Positions 36,635 through 49,078 of a stretch of DNA of 64,000 bases are shown here, piece after piece. The DNA comes from Veleropilina oligotropha (taxonomy: Eukaryota): assembly GCA_048128005.1 (NCBI GenBank), contig JBEUKZ010000081.1:186001-250000 (forward strand). Direction: 5' to 3'. A model generated the notes under the pieces. It ran no database searches and had not been told where the DNA came from. It saw only the letters and a list, made by a program, of their open reading frames with translations. A program made the position numbers and the translations under genes. How positions within the stretch are numbered: position 1 is the stretch's first letter; every line of letters begins with the position of its first letter.

Positions 36635-37312
36635 TTACTGCGTTTTGGTAAGAAAACAGCAGAAATGAACCATTTAATTGAAAAACTTTAATGTGCATAT
36701 ATATATGTGTAAAATATATAAAATTTTATACTAAGTATTTGAGTGAAATATGCCTGAAGTGCCAGGAAACACCATTTTATAAGGTATATTTGTCAAAATT
36801 TCCTTCACCGCGGCGAACCATGGGCCCCGCGGTGAAAAGTAGGATATTTATATTGTCAATGTTACAAACACTGAGGACATTAAGCATCATTCCTCCCTTC
36901 CTCGACATGTTGGCACTAGTGACATCTCTGGCTGCATCTTGCATGGTGTCATGATGGATGCCGGATGACGAGTGATTATCAATGTTGTGCACTTTGGCTG
37001 AATCTTGCATTGACATTAGGCTTTATTGGTGGATGCCAGCTGTAATTGTATCCCTGGAAAATATCTGGAGATCCTTTGCTGTTATCTCAATTTCTCCATG
37101 CTCGCAGAGATTTCTTGTATTCGCTCTACTTTCAAGAGTTTTTAGATATACTCTGATTCACTTGAAATTCAATATGCACATTAGGTATGGTGGGGTCACG
37201 ATGCATTACTATATTGTCATATTCGGATTCACGATGTTTGGCTTGGGACGGGATACACACCCTTGAGTTGAGGGTTTTCATACTTATCAATGTCATGCAT
37301 CTTGTCTTGCAG

Positions 37313-37506
37313 AGCAGTACCTTGCCACCATTGAGTACAAAACCACCCGGCAAGGCGATTTCTTCTATGTGAAAGTTTACCTAAACTGGAACACAAATGT
37401 CAGATCGGCCATGAAAGCCCGCATGGCTGGGAAGATACCGAATCAGAACTACAACGACACGGGCCTCATGGTGATAGAAGTGATCGAAATACCTTTGGCA
37501 GGCCAG
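37313..37506 (+). CDS. HPS3: HPS3 coding exon 2
   Basis: AG/GT bounded, phase-compatible; EQYLATIEY...VKVYLNW...ARMAG...IEIPL. Confidence 0.88.
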
Positions 37507-37820
37507 GTGAGATTATCACAGAATGCAATTATGAATGTGACAATATGATATCTTGAAAATATATTGATGTTTTGTTATAATTTATTATAAGCTCATATCT
37601 GAAGCTATAAGAATTAATTTTTGCTTGTTCTCTATAATTTCGATTTGTGTATATATTTTGGGTCTGTTTTCGAAACAAATTTGTTGTAAATTTTTAAACT
37701 TCTAAATTATTATTGCTTACTCTGGGATGACTTGAGACACATTTATTTTATATCCCGTCAACATTTACGACCCATGCATTATAATAAAATTAATATTTGA
37801 GTTTTTATACTCCTCTTCAG

Positions 37821-38514
37821 GTGAGCTCCATCGGCACGTGCTGTGGCACCGGGAATCTTGCCGTAGCGTTTGAAGACAAGATCCAACTCTACTTCATGTC
37901 TGAGAAGACGATTCCGCACACGAAAAAAACATACAACGACATGACCCTCGCCCTGGAGCTGCAGTATGAGTTTCCGGTCGCTCATCTGAGTCTGTGTGAA
38001 GATTACCTCGCGTGTTCATCCACCGATACAGCTCAGGTCATCCAAATGGCCGTGAAGAATCAGGAGTCCGTACAAAACTCGCCAGTATCCGCTGACGACG
38101 GTAATGCTCAGGATTATTCTCAAACTGCTCACAGTCGTCACTGGGGATCGTCTGGTATCGCTGGCGGCAACAGTGATTCGAAAAGTCCTGCCGCAACTGA
38201 GCAGGTCAAGTTTTCCAAGATCGGAATGAGGGCTGCCTCCGTGACTCCTAGTCCTTCCATCGCAACAGACCATGTGCTGTCTAAGTTCAACTCTTCATGC
38301 TGCAACATTATAGATGATGCCAACTTCATCATGTGGAACTTTAAGGAGGAAATGCCGTCTAAATTGGAGAGTACAGACGATGTTAAGGACCAGAGAAGGA
38401 AGAAACGACACAGCAAAAGAGTTTTGCCAAAAACTATTCTTCTTGAGAGTCTCCAAAGAGTAAAAGATGAAGGGTCTACAGACCTGGAGGCCCCTCTGAT
38501 TATCGTCTATGATG
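37821..38514 (+). CDS. HPS3: HPS3 coding exon 3
   Basis: VSSIGTCCGTGNLAVA...LSLCEDYLAC; AG/GT bounded. Confidence 0.85.
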
Positions 38515-38832
38515 GTAAACATATATGGAAATAAGGATATAACTTGTCTTCTGTAGTGACAATAGGATACTTCCTTAAGTAACAATGTATGACATGTTAT
38601 TGTGGACGTTTAATGATTGGAGTCATGCAGATAATCTAACCCACGCTGGTCACGGTTACAACCCTTGACTGCTATCACGCCACAAAATGAACTTTTGACA
38701 TTCGTAATGTTGCCACAAAATTAAATAAACTAATTAATATAACATCTGTACAAAGATCAACCTGACAAATTTACTATTATGGTCAAGATAGTAGTGTTTG
38801 TAAAGTTTACGATAAACCTTGCACATTATGTA

Positions 38833-39567
38833 CCGTATTTATTCCATATATCGCGCGTAACTTTTATTATAAAGGGGGACGTCATAAATAGGGTATTAAT
38901 AATATGAAGCCATAATATTAGGTTATAATTAATTTCTTTCTACTTTTCTTGAAATAGACATTTAAGTTTATCCACCAATAGTTTTACACCAGTATATCGA
39001 ATATAGCATTTAATTTTCAATCCTCCAGCTACCAACGCATGTGTATACACATCAGTGATTACGATACAAACAAATTTTCCGCCATGTTTCAAAAACAAAT
39101 GGACAAGTTTGCTAATTTCTCTCACAACGTGTCACACCACTTCGTTGTCCAATTGTATCGCTACTGCGTAGTTATCGAATTGATTGTTATTTTTGATACC
39201 TGCGTCCAATTTGAGTCCAATATATGGATTTCACACAGATTTATAAATTAACGTGAAAGCCATGCAATCCGACCTCATACACGCACATGGACAAAGATAT
39301 AGGTCAAACCGATTCTCAGACATCTGTCTAGTCGCATTGGCACATGTCGATAGTTTCCGTCTAGTTTGTGGCAGAAAATCTTGTCTCGTTCACCGACTGT
39401 GTCCGTAAACAACAACAAGATCGCTGTAAATACTAAGTGCTGTACATGCCGACGACAGTATACATATGCATATATAGACAAATATTCGTGAAAAATCAAA
39501 CTTGAAAAAGTTGGGGGAGAGTGGAGTGCTATATATGGAAGGGGCGCGATATGTAGAATAAATACGG
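38833..39567 (-). mobile_element. Tc1/mariner-pogo-type (CCGTA-ended) element carrying a decayed HIRAN-like ORF
   Basis: 24-bp TIR CCGTATTTATTC..ATATCGCGC, TA TSD; minus strand 38940-39277 reads GFHV..P.IG..N.FD.YAVA..VV*HV.REIS..GG..C..GGL.I.C. Confidence 0.75.
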
Positions 39568-39603
39568 TATAACTTGTTGTTGATGGAAACATTGCCATTA
39601 CAG

Positions 39604-39711
39604 ATGCATTTAGCGATAAAGAAATTGTCTTGAAGAGTGTACTGAGCAACACAGCCGGCATGGGGGAGGCGTTGATGTATGTACAACTCATTCCTGCCTG
39701 CACCGCAACAG
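39604..39711 (+). CDS. HPS3: HPS3 coding exon 4
   Basis: 108 bp, phase 1-1, AG/GT; DAFSDKEIVLKS...YVQLIP. Confidence 0.72.
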
Positions 39712-39855
39712 GTAACTATATATACCTATGTGCAACCACACTGTAGTGAATGTCGGTAGAGAATATGTAACTATGATGTATGTATGTATGTATGTATGTA
39801 CGTATGTATGTATGTACGTACGTATGTACGTACGTAACGTACGTACGTACGTATG

Positions 39856-39890
<35 letters not shown>

Positions 39891-40174
39891 TGGTTGGGGA
39901 ATAGGTAACTTATAATACCATGTGGTTAGGGAATAGAGAGTATTGTTATGAATGTGATTGCGGAATAGTAACCATATACTATGGTTAATATGAATAGGGA
40001 GTTATTAACATGTCCAAGTTTCATACAGCAATGAATAGTGGAGCATATCTACACAGATATTAGCTTTTCAATACCTTGGGAGTTAGTTTGAGACTTTCAA
40101 AGGCATGTGACATACTTTATGTATCATTTGTATATATATATGTATAATATATCACTTCATCCTACTGTTCTCAA

Positions 40175-40433
40175 GGCCGCTTCGGCAGCGCTGTGGGTAA
40201 AGTGTCCACTCTAAATTCACTGGCTTGATTCCGCTAATGCGAACAGTAGTGGGTTCAATACCTGGCTGAGGCATTGAAATTTGTTCAAGTTATGAATCAT
40301 AGTTGTCCGTGACTGGCCGAAGAGGGTGGGTTTACCCGGGCGACCGGGGTTTCCTCCCGCGATAACACGGACATGTCCTGCCTTGAACCTCGATGTTGTA
40401 AATATACAGGACATTAAGCATCATTCCTCCCTC
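40175..40433 (+). mobile_element. tRNA/V-type SINE, full length
   Basis: 13-bp TSD cctactgttctca. Confidence 0.88.
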
Positions 40434-40614
40434 CCTACTGTTCTCACACAACCAAGCAAGTGGTAGAATCATTTTCTCTCAGTCAATAGCATTAAATTTG
40501 TACAATATGCTATATAATCGCGATATACATACATGTACTCATTTATCTTTGGAAAATATAACATTGTTACAGTAGCAGTTTTCATAACCTGCCATTATTT
40601 CTTCACTAATTTAG

Positions 40615-40790
40615 ATGAAGCTCTCTGTGCGGTTGCCAATGACGGCAATCCTTTCCTCTCGGCGGACCAGCATGCATCACGCATCGGACTCAGCTGCTTC
40701 ATCAGTGGAACGAGGAATGCAGTCATGTACACTGTGGCCCCGGAAGTGCAGCTGTTATCAACCTACAAATACACATCTAATGTCAAAAAG
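40615..40790 (+). CDS. HPS3: HPS3 coding exon 5
   Basis: ...GLSCFISG..AVMY..VQLLSTYKY; AG/GT bounded. Confidence 0.85.
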
Positions 40791-40884
40791 GTAGGCGCTG
40801 TGCAGCAGTCTGTCATATAGCTTAGAGCTACACTAGAATAGACGCATTATAAATGTATTAAATAATTAAATAATAATAATAATA

Positions 40885-41911
40885 TGTGCTTATGTCAGTC
40901 ATGGATATTGTAGCAGTCTGTCATATGTGATTGTATCAGTCAGAGATATTGTAGCAGTCTGTCATAATGTGATTGTATCAGTCAGAGATATTGTAGCAGT
41001 CTGTCATATGTGATTGTATCAGTCAGAGATATTGTAGCAGTCTGTCATATGTGCTTGTATCAGTCAGAGATATTGTAGCAGTCTGTCATATGTGCTTGTA
41101 TCAGTCAGAGATATTGTAGCAGTCTGTCATATGTGCTTGTATCAGTCAGAGATATTGTAGCAGTCTGTCATAATGTGCTTGTATCAGTCAGAGATATTGT
41201 TGCAGTCTGTCATATTTAACGTTATCCTGGGCGTCGGGTTTGATACGTACGTTTATCCTGTTAGCTTCGAATATTTTATCATAACGAACAGGATAAACGT
41301 ACGTATCAAACAAGACACCACAGGGTAACATTTTATTTTATTTGCATTTTTTTTAAACCTTATTTTATATGCTTATTAAATCTGAACAAGCACTAAGCAA
41401 TGAACAACGTCATGTAAATGCACCTTTCTGTTTATTCTAAGCACATAATAACCTACCAGTGGATATTCCGTAATTCGAAAAGGTGAGGAATAATTTAGTC
41501 ATATACATTCATTGTATATGATTGAATCTCAAAGGAATATTTTAAAATACACATTATCTCTGGCAGAGGCAAGACGACGCGCAGGTTGATACAAAACCGT
41601 CGAGTTTTACATGAGTATTTGTCAAACTCCACGTGACATCATTTTGACCAATTAGACGTCGCTGATTTCTCGAAATGAAAATAAGTGCTGGTGTCAGTCA
41701 GAGAGATTGTAGCAGTCTGTCGTATGTGCTGGTGTCAGTCAGAGAGATTGTAGCAGTCTGTCATATGTGCTGGTGTCAGTCAGAGAGATTGTAGCCGTCT
41801 GTCATATGTGCTGGTGTCAGTCAGAGAGATTGTAGCAGTCTGTCATATGTGCTGGTGTCAGTCAGAGAGATTGTAGCAGTCTGTCATATGTTCTTGTCAG
41901 TAACAGAGATT
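40885..41911 (+). repeat. 40-41-bp minisatellite split by a ~470-bp insertion
   Basis: Unit gtagcagtctgtcatatgtgcttgtatcagtcagagatatt; the insert (~41215-41683) has a perfect 25-bp-arm palindrome at 41238-41311. Confidence 0.85.
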
Positions 41912-42264
41912 GGTTTTACATATAGCTTAGCTGCTATAACTCATCCATCCTATTATAATTATTACTGATGGCTGAAATGATGTGTAACAACTGTGCAAGC
42001 ACTTCGTCAGTCATAATCCAGTTAATCAGTTTTGAAAGATGGAAGGTTGTGATCCTGACACAACAAGCTTTTCAACCCATGACCTTTCAGACTTTGTATA
42101 TTTAATATGTATGCCTTATCAGCCCAAAATATTGTCAATGTGAACTGTCTGCATATTGTCAATGTGAACTGTCTGCATATTGTCAGTCAGACGTCTACTC
42201 TTTATATTCCTGGATTATTGACCTTAATGAGGTCAGTTATATTATGTAGTTTATTATTCTGCAG

Positions 42265-42375
42265 GTCACTGCGAGTTTGTCTCTACTCCACGTTGTCACC
42301 GACTTCGGACTTGAAACCTACACGTCTCGCAGCCAGCATATGAGCTTTCATACGGAAAAAAACAATGCCACAACG
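42265..42375 (+). CDS. HPS3: HPS3 coding exon 6
   Basis: VTASLSLLHVVTDFGLETYTSR; gcag / gtaagt. Confidence 0.88.
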
Positions 42376-42674
42376 GTAAGTCTGGCTGCATTAAATCTGT
42401 ATAGCTATGCACATTCTATCAGGTAGTGAAATGAGTTTTTGAGACTTGTTTCCTAACGTGTTCTACACAAATGGATTACTGTTAGCTACTTTGATATTTA
42501 TCAATCTTCATAAAGATTTATATATGGATAACTTTTTGTCTCATTTATGGATATCATGTCTGGGCAATTATTGAAAATTGGAATGTGCAATGGAACTGTT
42601 CAAAGACGTCGTAAAACTTGTAGTGTGATAGACAACCCTTTGGGGATTCCTAACCCACCTTTATGTTTCCCTAG

Positions 42675-42802
42675 GCATGTCCTTCGCGAACCCTGGACAC
42701 CTGTATGATTGGAATGCAGCCCTTTATTGGAGCTTGTCAAATAACAGCTTCGGAAGAATACGTCATTCTGTTATCTGTAGTGGATTCCTCCACTCCGACA
42801 GG
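42675..42802 (+). CDS. HPS3: HPS3 coding exon 7
   Basis: ACPSRTLDTCMIGMQPFIG...YVILLS; ctag / gtgagt. Confidence 0.9.
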
Positions 42803-43115
42803 GTGAGTCTTGACTTTAATATATCAGCATATGTCTTGTATTGTGTTTTCATGTAACATATCTGAATCGTGTAAGAATTTGAAAGGCTATTTGCTTTATA
42901 TAGTTCAAATTACACGTTTGTCACAGTTTATATATTAATTTAGCATGCCTTGTTTCCATTGAATCACAACCTACCTAGAAACGTTGCTCCCAATTCACTG
43001 GTACTGATGGCGCTGCTATGCTTATAGTCTAGCGTGGGTGCAGCTTCAAGACATGGTACATTTATCAGTCACAGTTATCCATAGCTGGAGTGTGGGCTAA
43101 GGTTTCAACGGTTAA

Positions 43116-45316
43116 TTATGCCCCGGGACGATAGTCCCGAAGGAATATATTGCGTTCACTGCGTCTGTGTGTTTGTGTGTCCGGATTTGGTTAAAGTTTT
43201 TCATCAAGTGTATACTAGTATATGGCTTGCTCAAGGCGCTTTTTGGCATATATATGCTTTGTTATGCCCCTGACATGCCTGAGCGATAGTCCCGAAGGGC
43301 ATATTGCTTTCACTGCGTCTGTGTGTCCGGATTTGGTTAAAGTTTTTCATTGAGTGTATATGGCTTGCTCAAGGCCCTTTTTTGCATATATATACTTTGT
43401 TATTGGTTGTATGGATGCTACCTGATACTCTGGCAGTCATATTGAATAAATTTTAATATAATTAATGGAAATATAGTGGTCTTTTGGGACATAGAAATTT
43501 AGGCAAAGGTTAAAGTTTTCGGTTAAAGTTTTTCATCAAGTGTATATGGCTTGCTCAAGGCGCTTTTTGGCATATATATGCTTTGTTATTGGTTGTATGG
43601 ATGTCACCTGATACTCTGGCAGTCATATTGAATAAATTTTAATATAATTAATGGAAATATAGTGGTCTTTTGGGACATAGATATTTAGGCAAATTTAAGG
43701 TTCAAGTTTTCTGTTAAAGTTTTTCATCAAGTGTATATGGCTTGCTCAAGGCACTTTTTGGCATATATATATGCTTTGTTATTGGTTGTATGGATGTTAC
43801 CTGATACTCTGGCAGTGATATTGATTAAATTTTAATAAAATTAATGGAAATATGGTGGTCTTTTTGGACATAGAAATTTAGATGAACTTTCGGTTAAAGT
43901 TTGTCATCAAGTGTATATATATGGCTTGCTCAAGGCATTTTTATGCCCCGGGACTATCGGGCATATTGCTTTCACTGCGTCTGTGTGTCCGGATTTGGTT
44001 CAAGTTTTTCATTGAGTGTGTATGGGTTGTGGAAGGCACTTTTTTGCATGCATATGCAATGGCAATGGTTATATGGATGCCTGCTGATACTCTGACATGG
44101 ATATTGAATGGAATTTCATATAATTAATGCCTGCAATTGGTGTTCTTGGACATAGAAATTATGGTAAAACGTTTGGTTAAAGTTTTTCATTGGACATATA
44201 CGGGTTGCTCAAGGCTCTTATTTGCTTAAATATGCATTGATAATGGGTATGTGGATGTCAACTGATACTGTGGCACTGATATTGAATGGAATTTAATATA
44301 AATAATGCCGAAATCGGTGTTTTTGGACATAGACATTTTGGTTAAAGTTTTTCATTGGGCTTATATGATTGCTTAAGGCTCTTCTTTGCATGCATGTGCA
44401 TTGGTATTGGTTATAAATATGTATGCCTGCTGATACAATGGCACTGATATTGAATGGAATTTAATATAATTAATGCCTGAAATTAGTGTTCTTGGACATA
44501 GAAATTTTGGGTAAAGTTTTGGTTAAATATTTTTATTGGGCGCATATGGGTTGCTCAATGCTGTTATTTTCTTAAATATGCATTGATAATGGTTATATGG
44601 ATGTCACCTGATACTCTAACACTGATATTAAATGGAATTTAAAATAAATAATGCCTGAAATTGGTGTTTGTGGACATAGAAATTTTGGTTAACGTTTTCG
44701 GTTAAAGTTTTTCAATGGTAGCATATGTGTTGCTTAAGGCTCTTCTTTGCATACATGTGCATTGGTAATGCACATATGGATGCCTGCTGATACTCTGGCA
44801 CTGATGTTGAATTAAATTTAATATAATTAATGCCTGAAATTGGTGTTCTTGGACAATTGGACGAATATGGCTTGTTCAAGGCACTTTTTGTATCCTTATG
44901 CATTGGTAGTGGTTATATGGATGTCACCTGATACTCTGGCACTGATATCAAACGAATTTAATAAAATAATGACTCAAATTGGTGTTTTTCTTCTTTGAAA
45001 ATTTGTATCAAGTTTTGGGTTAACATTTTTAATTGGATGAATATGTCTTTCTCAAGGCCCTGTTTTTCCATCCATATGCATTGGTAATGGTTATATGGAT
45101 GCCACCTGATACTCTGGCACTGATATGGAATGGAATTTAATATAAAATTGTCTAAAATTGATGTTTTTGAACTTCGAAATTTTGGTTGTTGTTTTTGGGT
45201 AAAGTTTAAAGATTTAAATACGTGTTTGATAGTCATAAAGCTATAATTGGCAAAGTGCGGCATCCGGTGTCTTCATCTCGGGGCATATCCATGTTCCGGG
45301 GAACATATTTCTAGTT
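43116..45316 (+). mobile_element. HINE/pearl-like element carrying a ~185-bp satellite array
   Basis: subTIR tatgccccg / cggggcata, GTCT/GT microsatellite, terminal hairpin atgttcc/ggaacat followed by CTAGTT, about ten diverged internal units; 5' module repeated at ~43262 and ~43940. Confidence 0.75.
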
Positions 45317-45479
45317 CATCCGGACTTTCCTCCTGCAATATTATGGACATGTCTGGAAATGTTAAAATGAGGCAATAAACACAAAAAAACCTTGTTTCCA
45401 TAATTATAATGTTATCATTATAAATGAAATATGTTAAAGAATGGTTATTATTGATTTCATTCTTGCTTGTTTTTCACAG

Positions 45480-45549
45480 TCACCACGATAGTGCGTGGAG
45501 TTTGTATGCGTTACAGAGTAGTCAGCCTGCCGAAATCTATAATGACATG
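45480..45549 (+). CDS. HPS3: HPS3 coding exon 8
   Basis: AWSLYALQSSQPAEIYNDM; phase-compatible AG/GT. Confidence 0.85.
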
Positions 45550-45878
45550 GTACGTATTCAGTGAAAGTGTGACTACCACATAAGATTCTGTTACCGTGAT
45601 AATGCGGTACAAAGCGTATGCATAATGTTTCACACTGAACATGAGGTCATTGTTCTGTTGTTGTTACATGTATGTATGTCAGTTGGACTGAAAAAGGTTT
45701 CTTGATTAATACTTGAGTAGTTTTTGCACAGAGCATACTTTTAGATAGTTGGCTAATGAAATCATACTGTTTTAACTTGTGGATCATGTAATGAGGATAA
45801 GGGTAATTATTTAGAAGTAACCTTTATGAAATTATGTATCCAGTCATTGTAATGCAAATTTTAAGTTCTTGTTTACAG

Positions 45879-46048
45879 GTGAAGTTTGGTGACCGTTATC
45901 GAGCTGATGGGCCGGACGCCTATTGTCACCTGCTGCAAGAAGGTCACATGATTTTGAAGTCTTCACTGATTGGTTCATCTGTTCCAGATTCATGTATCGA
46001 TGAACAGTTTCACGATTCATGTGGACTTCTAGGAGAATACTACACTGA
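45879..46048 (+). CDS. HPS3: HPS3 coding exon 9
   Basis: VKFGDRY...HLLQEGHMILK...SCGLLGEYY. Confidence 0.88.
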
Positions 46049-46462
46049 GTGAGTTCATGGCAACAGTGCCATTAATCATGCATCTTGAATGTAATAAGCT
46101 GATTGTGTATATGTATATCTATGGTTGTGTATCTCATCTTCAATGGAGTGAGAGTGTGTAATAGAAGCCCTGCGTTTACTGAATGCGAATATAGTTATCA
46201 AAACACATTTCCAAAAAAGTAATCTCAATGTACAAAACCAGAAACTTTTGGAAGTTATACTGTATTCATCAAATATTTCTCTCAGTTGATACATGTAAAT
46301 ATTGACAACGCTCATCGGTTTGAGTGACTTGCAATAATATATACATAAATATATCCATCATATACATCTAACGAAATGTAGAAAAAAATAGAAAATCAAT
46401 GTGAAATGAAAGAAATAAAGTGAAAAACAATTCCATGTGTTTTACATATTTTATTATTTTAG

Positions 46463-46571
46463 TCCAAATAGCTCCGACTGGAAGTTATGTCTGCCGTACT
46501 ATTTAATGTCTGGCTGGAGTTTGACGAAGATAATAGAGAGAGCATTGCTAGTGAAGAAACAGCTGGAATGG
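46463..46571 (+). CDS. HPS3: HPS3 coding exon 10
   Basis: LCLPYYLMSGWSL; ttag / gtaagt. Confidence 0.87.
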
Positions 46572-47339
46572 GTAAGTTGACGTTCAATTTGGGTGAATCC
46601 GGGTGAGTCGAACAATGCCATTCCATTTTATGGGGCAGGGAAATGTAACAGTGCATATTTAAAGAATTTCAAGTGAAAACCACCCAGCATAGCCAACGAT
46701 ATCAAGTATCAAGCTGTATAATGGCACTTGACTGCAATTCCAAAATGCGTATATCCAAGTACCAGTAAGGAAGTTCAGCACTCAGAACAATCTTCAAGTG
46801 TATTTTCAACTAAATGTTTTAAACCATAAAATATCTATATTCATTTTGCTTAATACTGATATAATAATGTTCAACTGATCTTATTTGTGTGTTTATAATT
46901 TCGATGAGGTGTAAGACTGGGTGAATTGGGCTCCAGATTTGATGACCTCGTCAGTCAAGCACATGAACATGTCGAAGCATAGCTCTCAATCCATGCAAAT
47001 TTAACATGCTGTGTTCTAGCACTTCTGATATAAAACTTATTAAGAAGTAATGTTGGTCGTCCATCACTCCGATGATATCGTTAGGTGTGCCATCATGTTC
47101 TTCGTTCATGGGCCCGGGTGTAGCTGGCAAATCCATTCTGAAGACACACACTCGGGGGACAATGTGGACATTGTAATGCCGCAGTGGCTGATGTAGATGC
47201 ATTGGCCTTCCTGTGCTCTCTGGCACTGGTGATTTTCTCCCGCGGACAATCAAGTAACCAGTTGATAAGGTATCAACAAATCTTCCAGGTACTACTCGTG
47301 ATTAAAATCAACCTGTCATAACAAGACTGAGGACACTGA

Positions 47340-47712
47340 CAGTGGTGGGGTTTCGGTTACAGACTCTGTCATCACTGGTTTCATCCCGGGGTTCGATTCT
47401 CGTTTGGGATATTGCCATTATTTCTTCAGATATTAATCACAGTTGGCGGAGAGGGTGGGTTCCCCCCGGCGACTGAGCTTTCCTCTCGCAATAATCAGGC
47501 CCGGTGGACGGTCTGCGTGGGGTGGGGGCCCACACGGATGGAAAATTTTAGTACTTTATACTGTGAAACGGCCTCTCCTGCATTCTGAGGCAAAATTACC
47601 AATACGACCAAGGTCGTAGAGGTCGTACCGCTTCCGCCGGCCCTGAATAATATGGACATGTCCTGCTTTGAACCTAATGGTTGTAAACATACAGGATATT
47701 AAGCATCGATCC
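47340..47712 (+). mobile_element. Older V-type SINE interrupted by a MITE
   Basis: B box GGTTCGATTCT, V-like core, tail acaggatattaagcatcgatcc. Confidence 0.6.
47496..47645. mobile_element. hAT-like MITE with 6-bp TSD
   Basis: TIR CAGG(C/G)CCGG(T/C)GGA; aataat duplicated. Confidence 0.7.
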
Positions 47713-47827
47713 AATCTACTCCATAACAAGATTGGGACGGTGATCTACAATTCACATCAAATCAAAATTTTGTACATTTCCCTCTGTCATGTTTTTATCA
47801 ATTTATCATATTAAAATAATTTTGCAG

Positions 47828-47905
47828 AAATCTTTTGGGCCTGGTCTGTTGTATTTTCTCAACAACATTCTGTTTGATGAAGAAAAGGAAATGACTTTTG
47901 AAGAG
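47828..47905 (+). CDS. HPS3: HPS3 coding exon 11
   Basis: KSFGPGLLYFLNNILFDEE; gcag / gtaaga. Confidence 0.85.
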
Positions 47906-47999
47906 GTAAGAATAAACAAGTCACTCTGCAATTGAAAACTCTTGACCAAATCCTGGATAGGTATTTAACAGTTGATTCCTGGAAGCATAATATTATCTT

Positions 48000-49078
48000 C
48001 CTGCAACTGGGGATTTACCAACGATTCCAGGGAAATTCGTCACCGATTCCTGGGTATAATCCCCCAAATAATCCTGGGTAATGATTGTTCCACCGAGTCC
48101 TGAAAATTATCCCCACTGATACCTTAGTAATTCCCGCAGCGTCCTGGGTAATTGATTCCCACAGGAATTGGGTATAAATTCACCACAGATTCCTGAGTAA
48201 CTCCCCATAGATTATTGGTAATTCCCCACCAATCTCTGTTTAATTCCAAACCAATTCATGGATAATTCCCTGTAGATTCCTGGGTAATTCCCCATAGATT
48301 TCTTTGTAATTCTCCATAGATTCCTCGTAGATTTTTTTACAAGTCCCCATAGATTCTTGGGTAATTTCCCATAAATTCCTGGGTGATTCCTTATAGATTT
48401 CTTTGTAATTCCCAATGGATTCCTGGGTAATTCCCTGTGGATTTCAATGTAATTCCCCATAGATTCCTGGGTAATTCCCCGTAGATTTCTTTGTAATCAC
48501 CCCGTAGATTCTTGGGTAATTTCCCATAAATTACAAGGCCGCTTCGGCAGCGCAGTGGGTAAGAGTGTCCACTCTAAATTCACTGGCTTGATTCCGCTGA
48601 TGCAAACAGTGGTGTGTTCAATACCTGGCTGAGGCATTGACATTTGTTCAAGTTATGAATCACAGTTGTCCGCGACTTGTCGAAGAGGGCAGGTTTACCC
48701 GGGCGACCGGGGTTTCCTCCCGCGATAACACGGACATGTCCTGCCTTGAACCTCGATGTTGTAAATATACAGGACATTAAGCATCATTCCTCCTCCCCCA
48801 TAAATTCCTGGGTAATTCCCCATAGGTTTCTTTGTAATTCCCCATAGATTTCTGGGAAATCCCCACAGATTCTTTGGTAATTCCCCATAGATTCTTGTGT
48901 AATTAATTCCCCATAGATTCTTGTGTAATTAATTCCCCATAGATTCCTGGGTAATTCCCCATAGATTTCTTTGTTATTCGCCATACATCTCTAGGTAATT
49001 CCCCATAGATTTTTGGGTAATTCCTCATAGATTCCTGGGTAATTCTTCACCAGTTCTTCTGTAATTTCCCACCAATCC
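48000..49078 (+). repeat. Degenerate ~22-bp minisatellite
   Basis: Unit ttccccatagattcctgggtaa, interrupted by a SINE. Confidence 0.85.
48537..48796 (+). mobile_element. tRNA/V-type SINE, full length
   Basis: Matches the family; flanking cccataaatt repeat. Confidence 0.86.

Larger units (their letters stand above)
35227..36873. mobile_element. Non-autonomous hAT-like DNA transposon with 6-bp TSD
   Basis: Perfect 13-bp TIR CAGTGTTTGTAAC; aggaca duplicated on both sides. Confidence 0.85.
34988..36900 (+). mobile_element. tRNA/V-type SINE split by a DNA transposon
   Basis: Head and body 34988-35226, tail 36874-36900; 14-bp TSD ctcgacatgttggc at 34972-34985 and 36901-36914. Confidence 0.88.
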
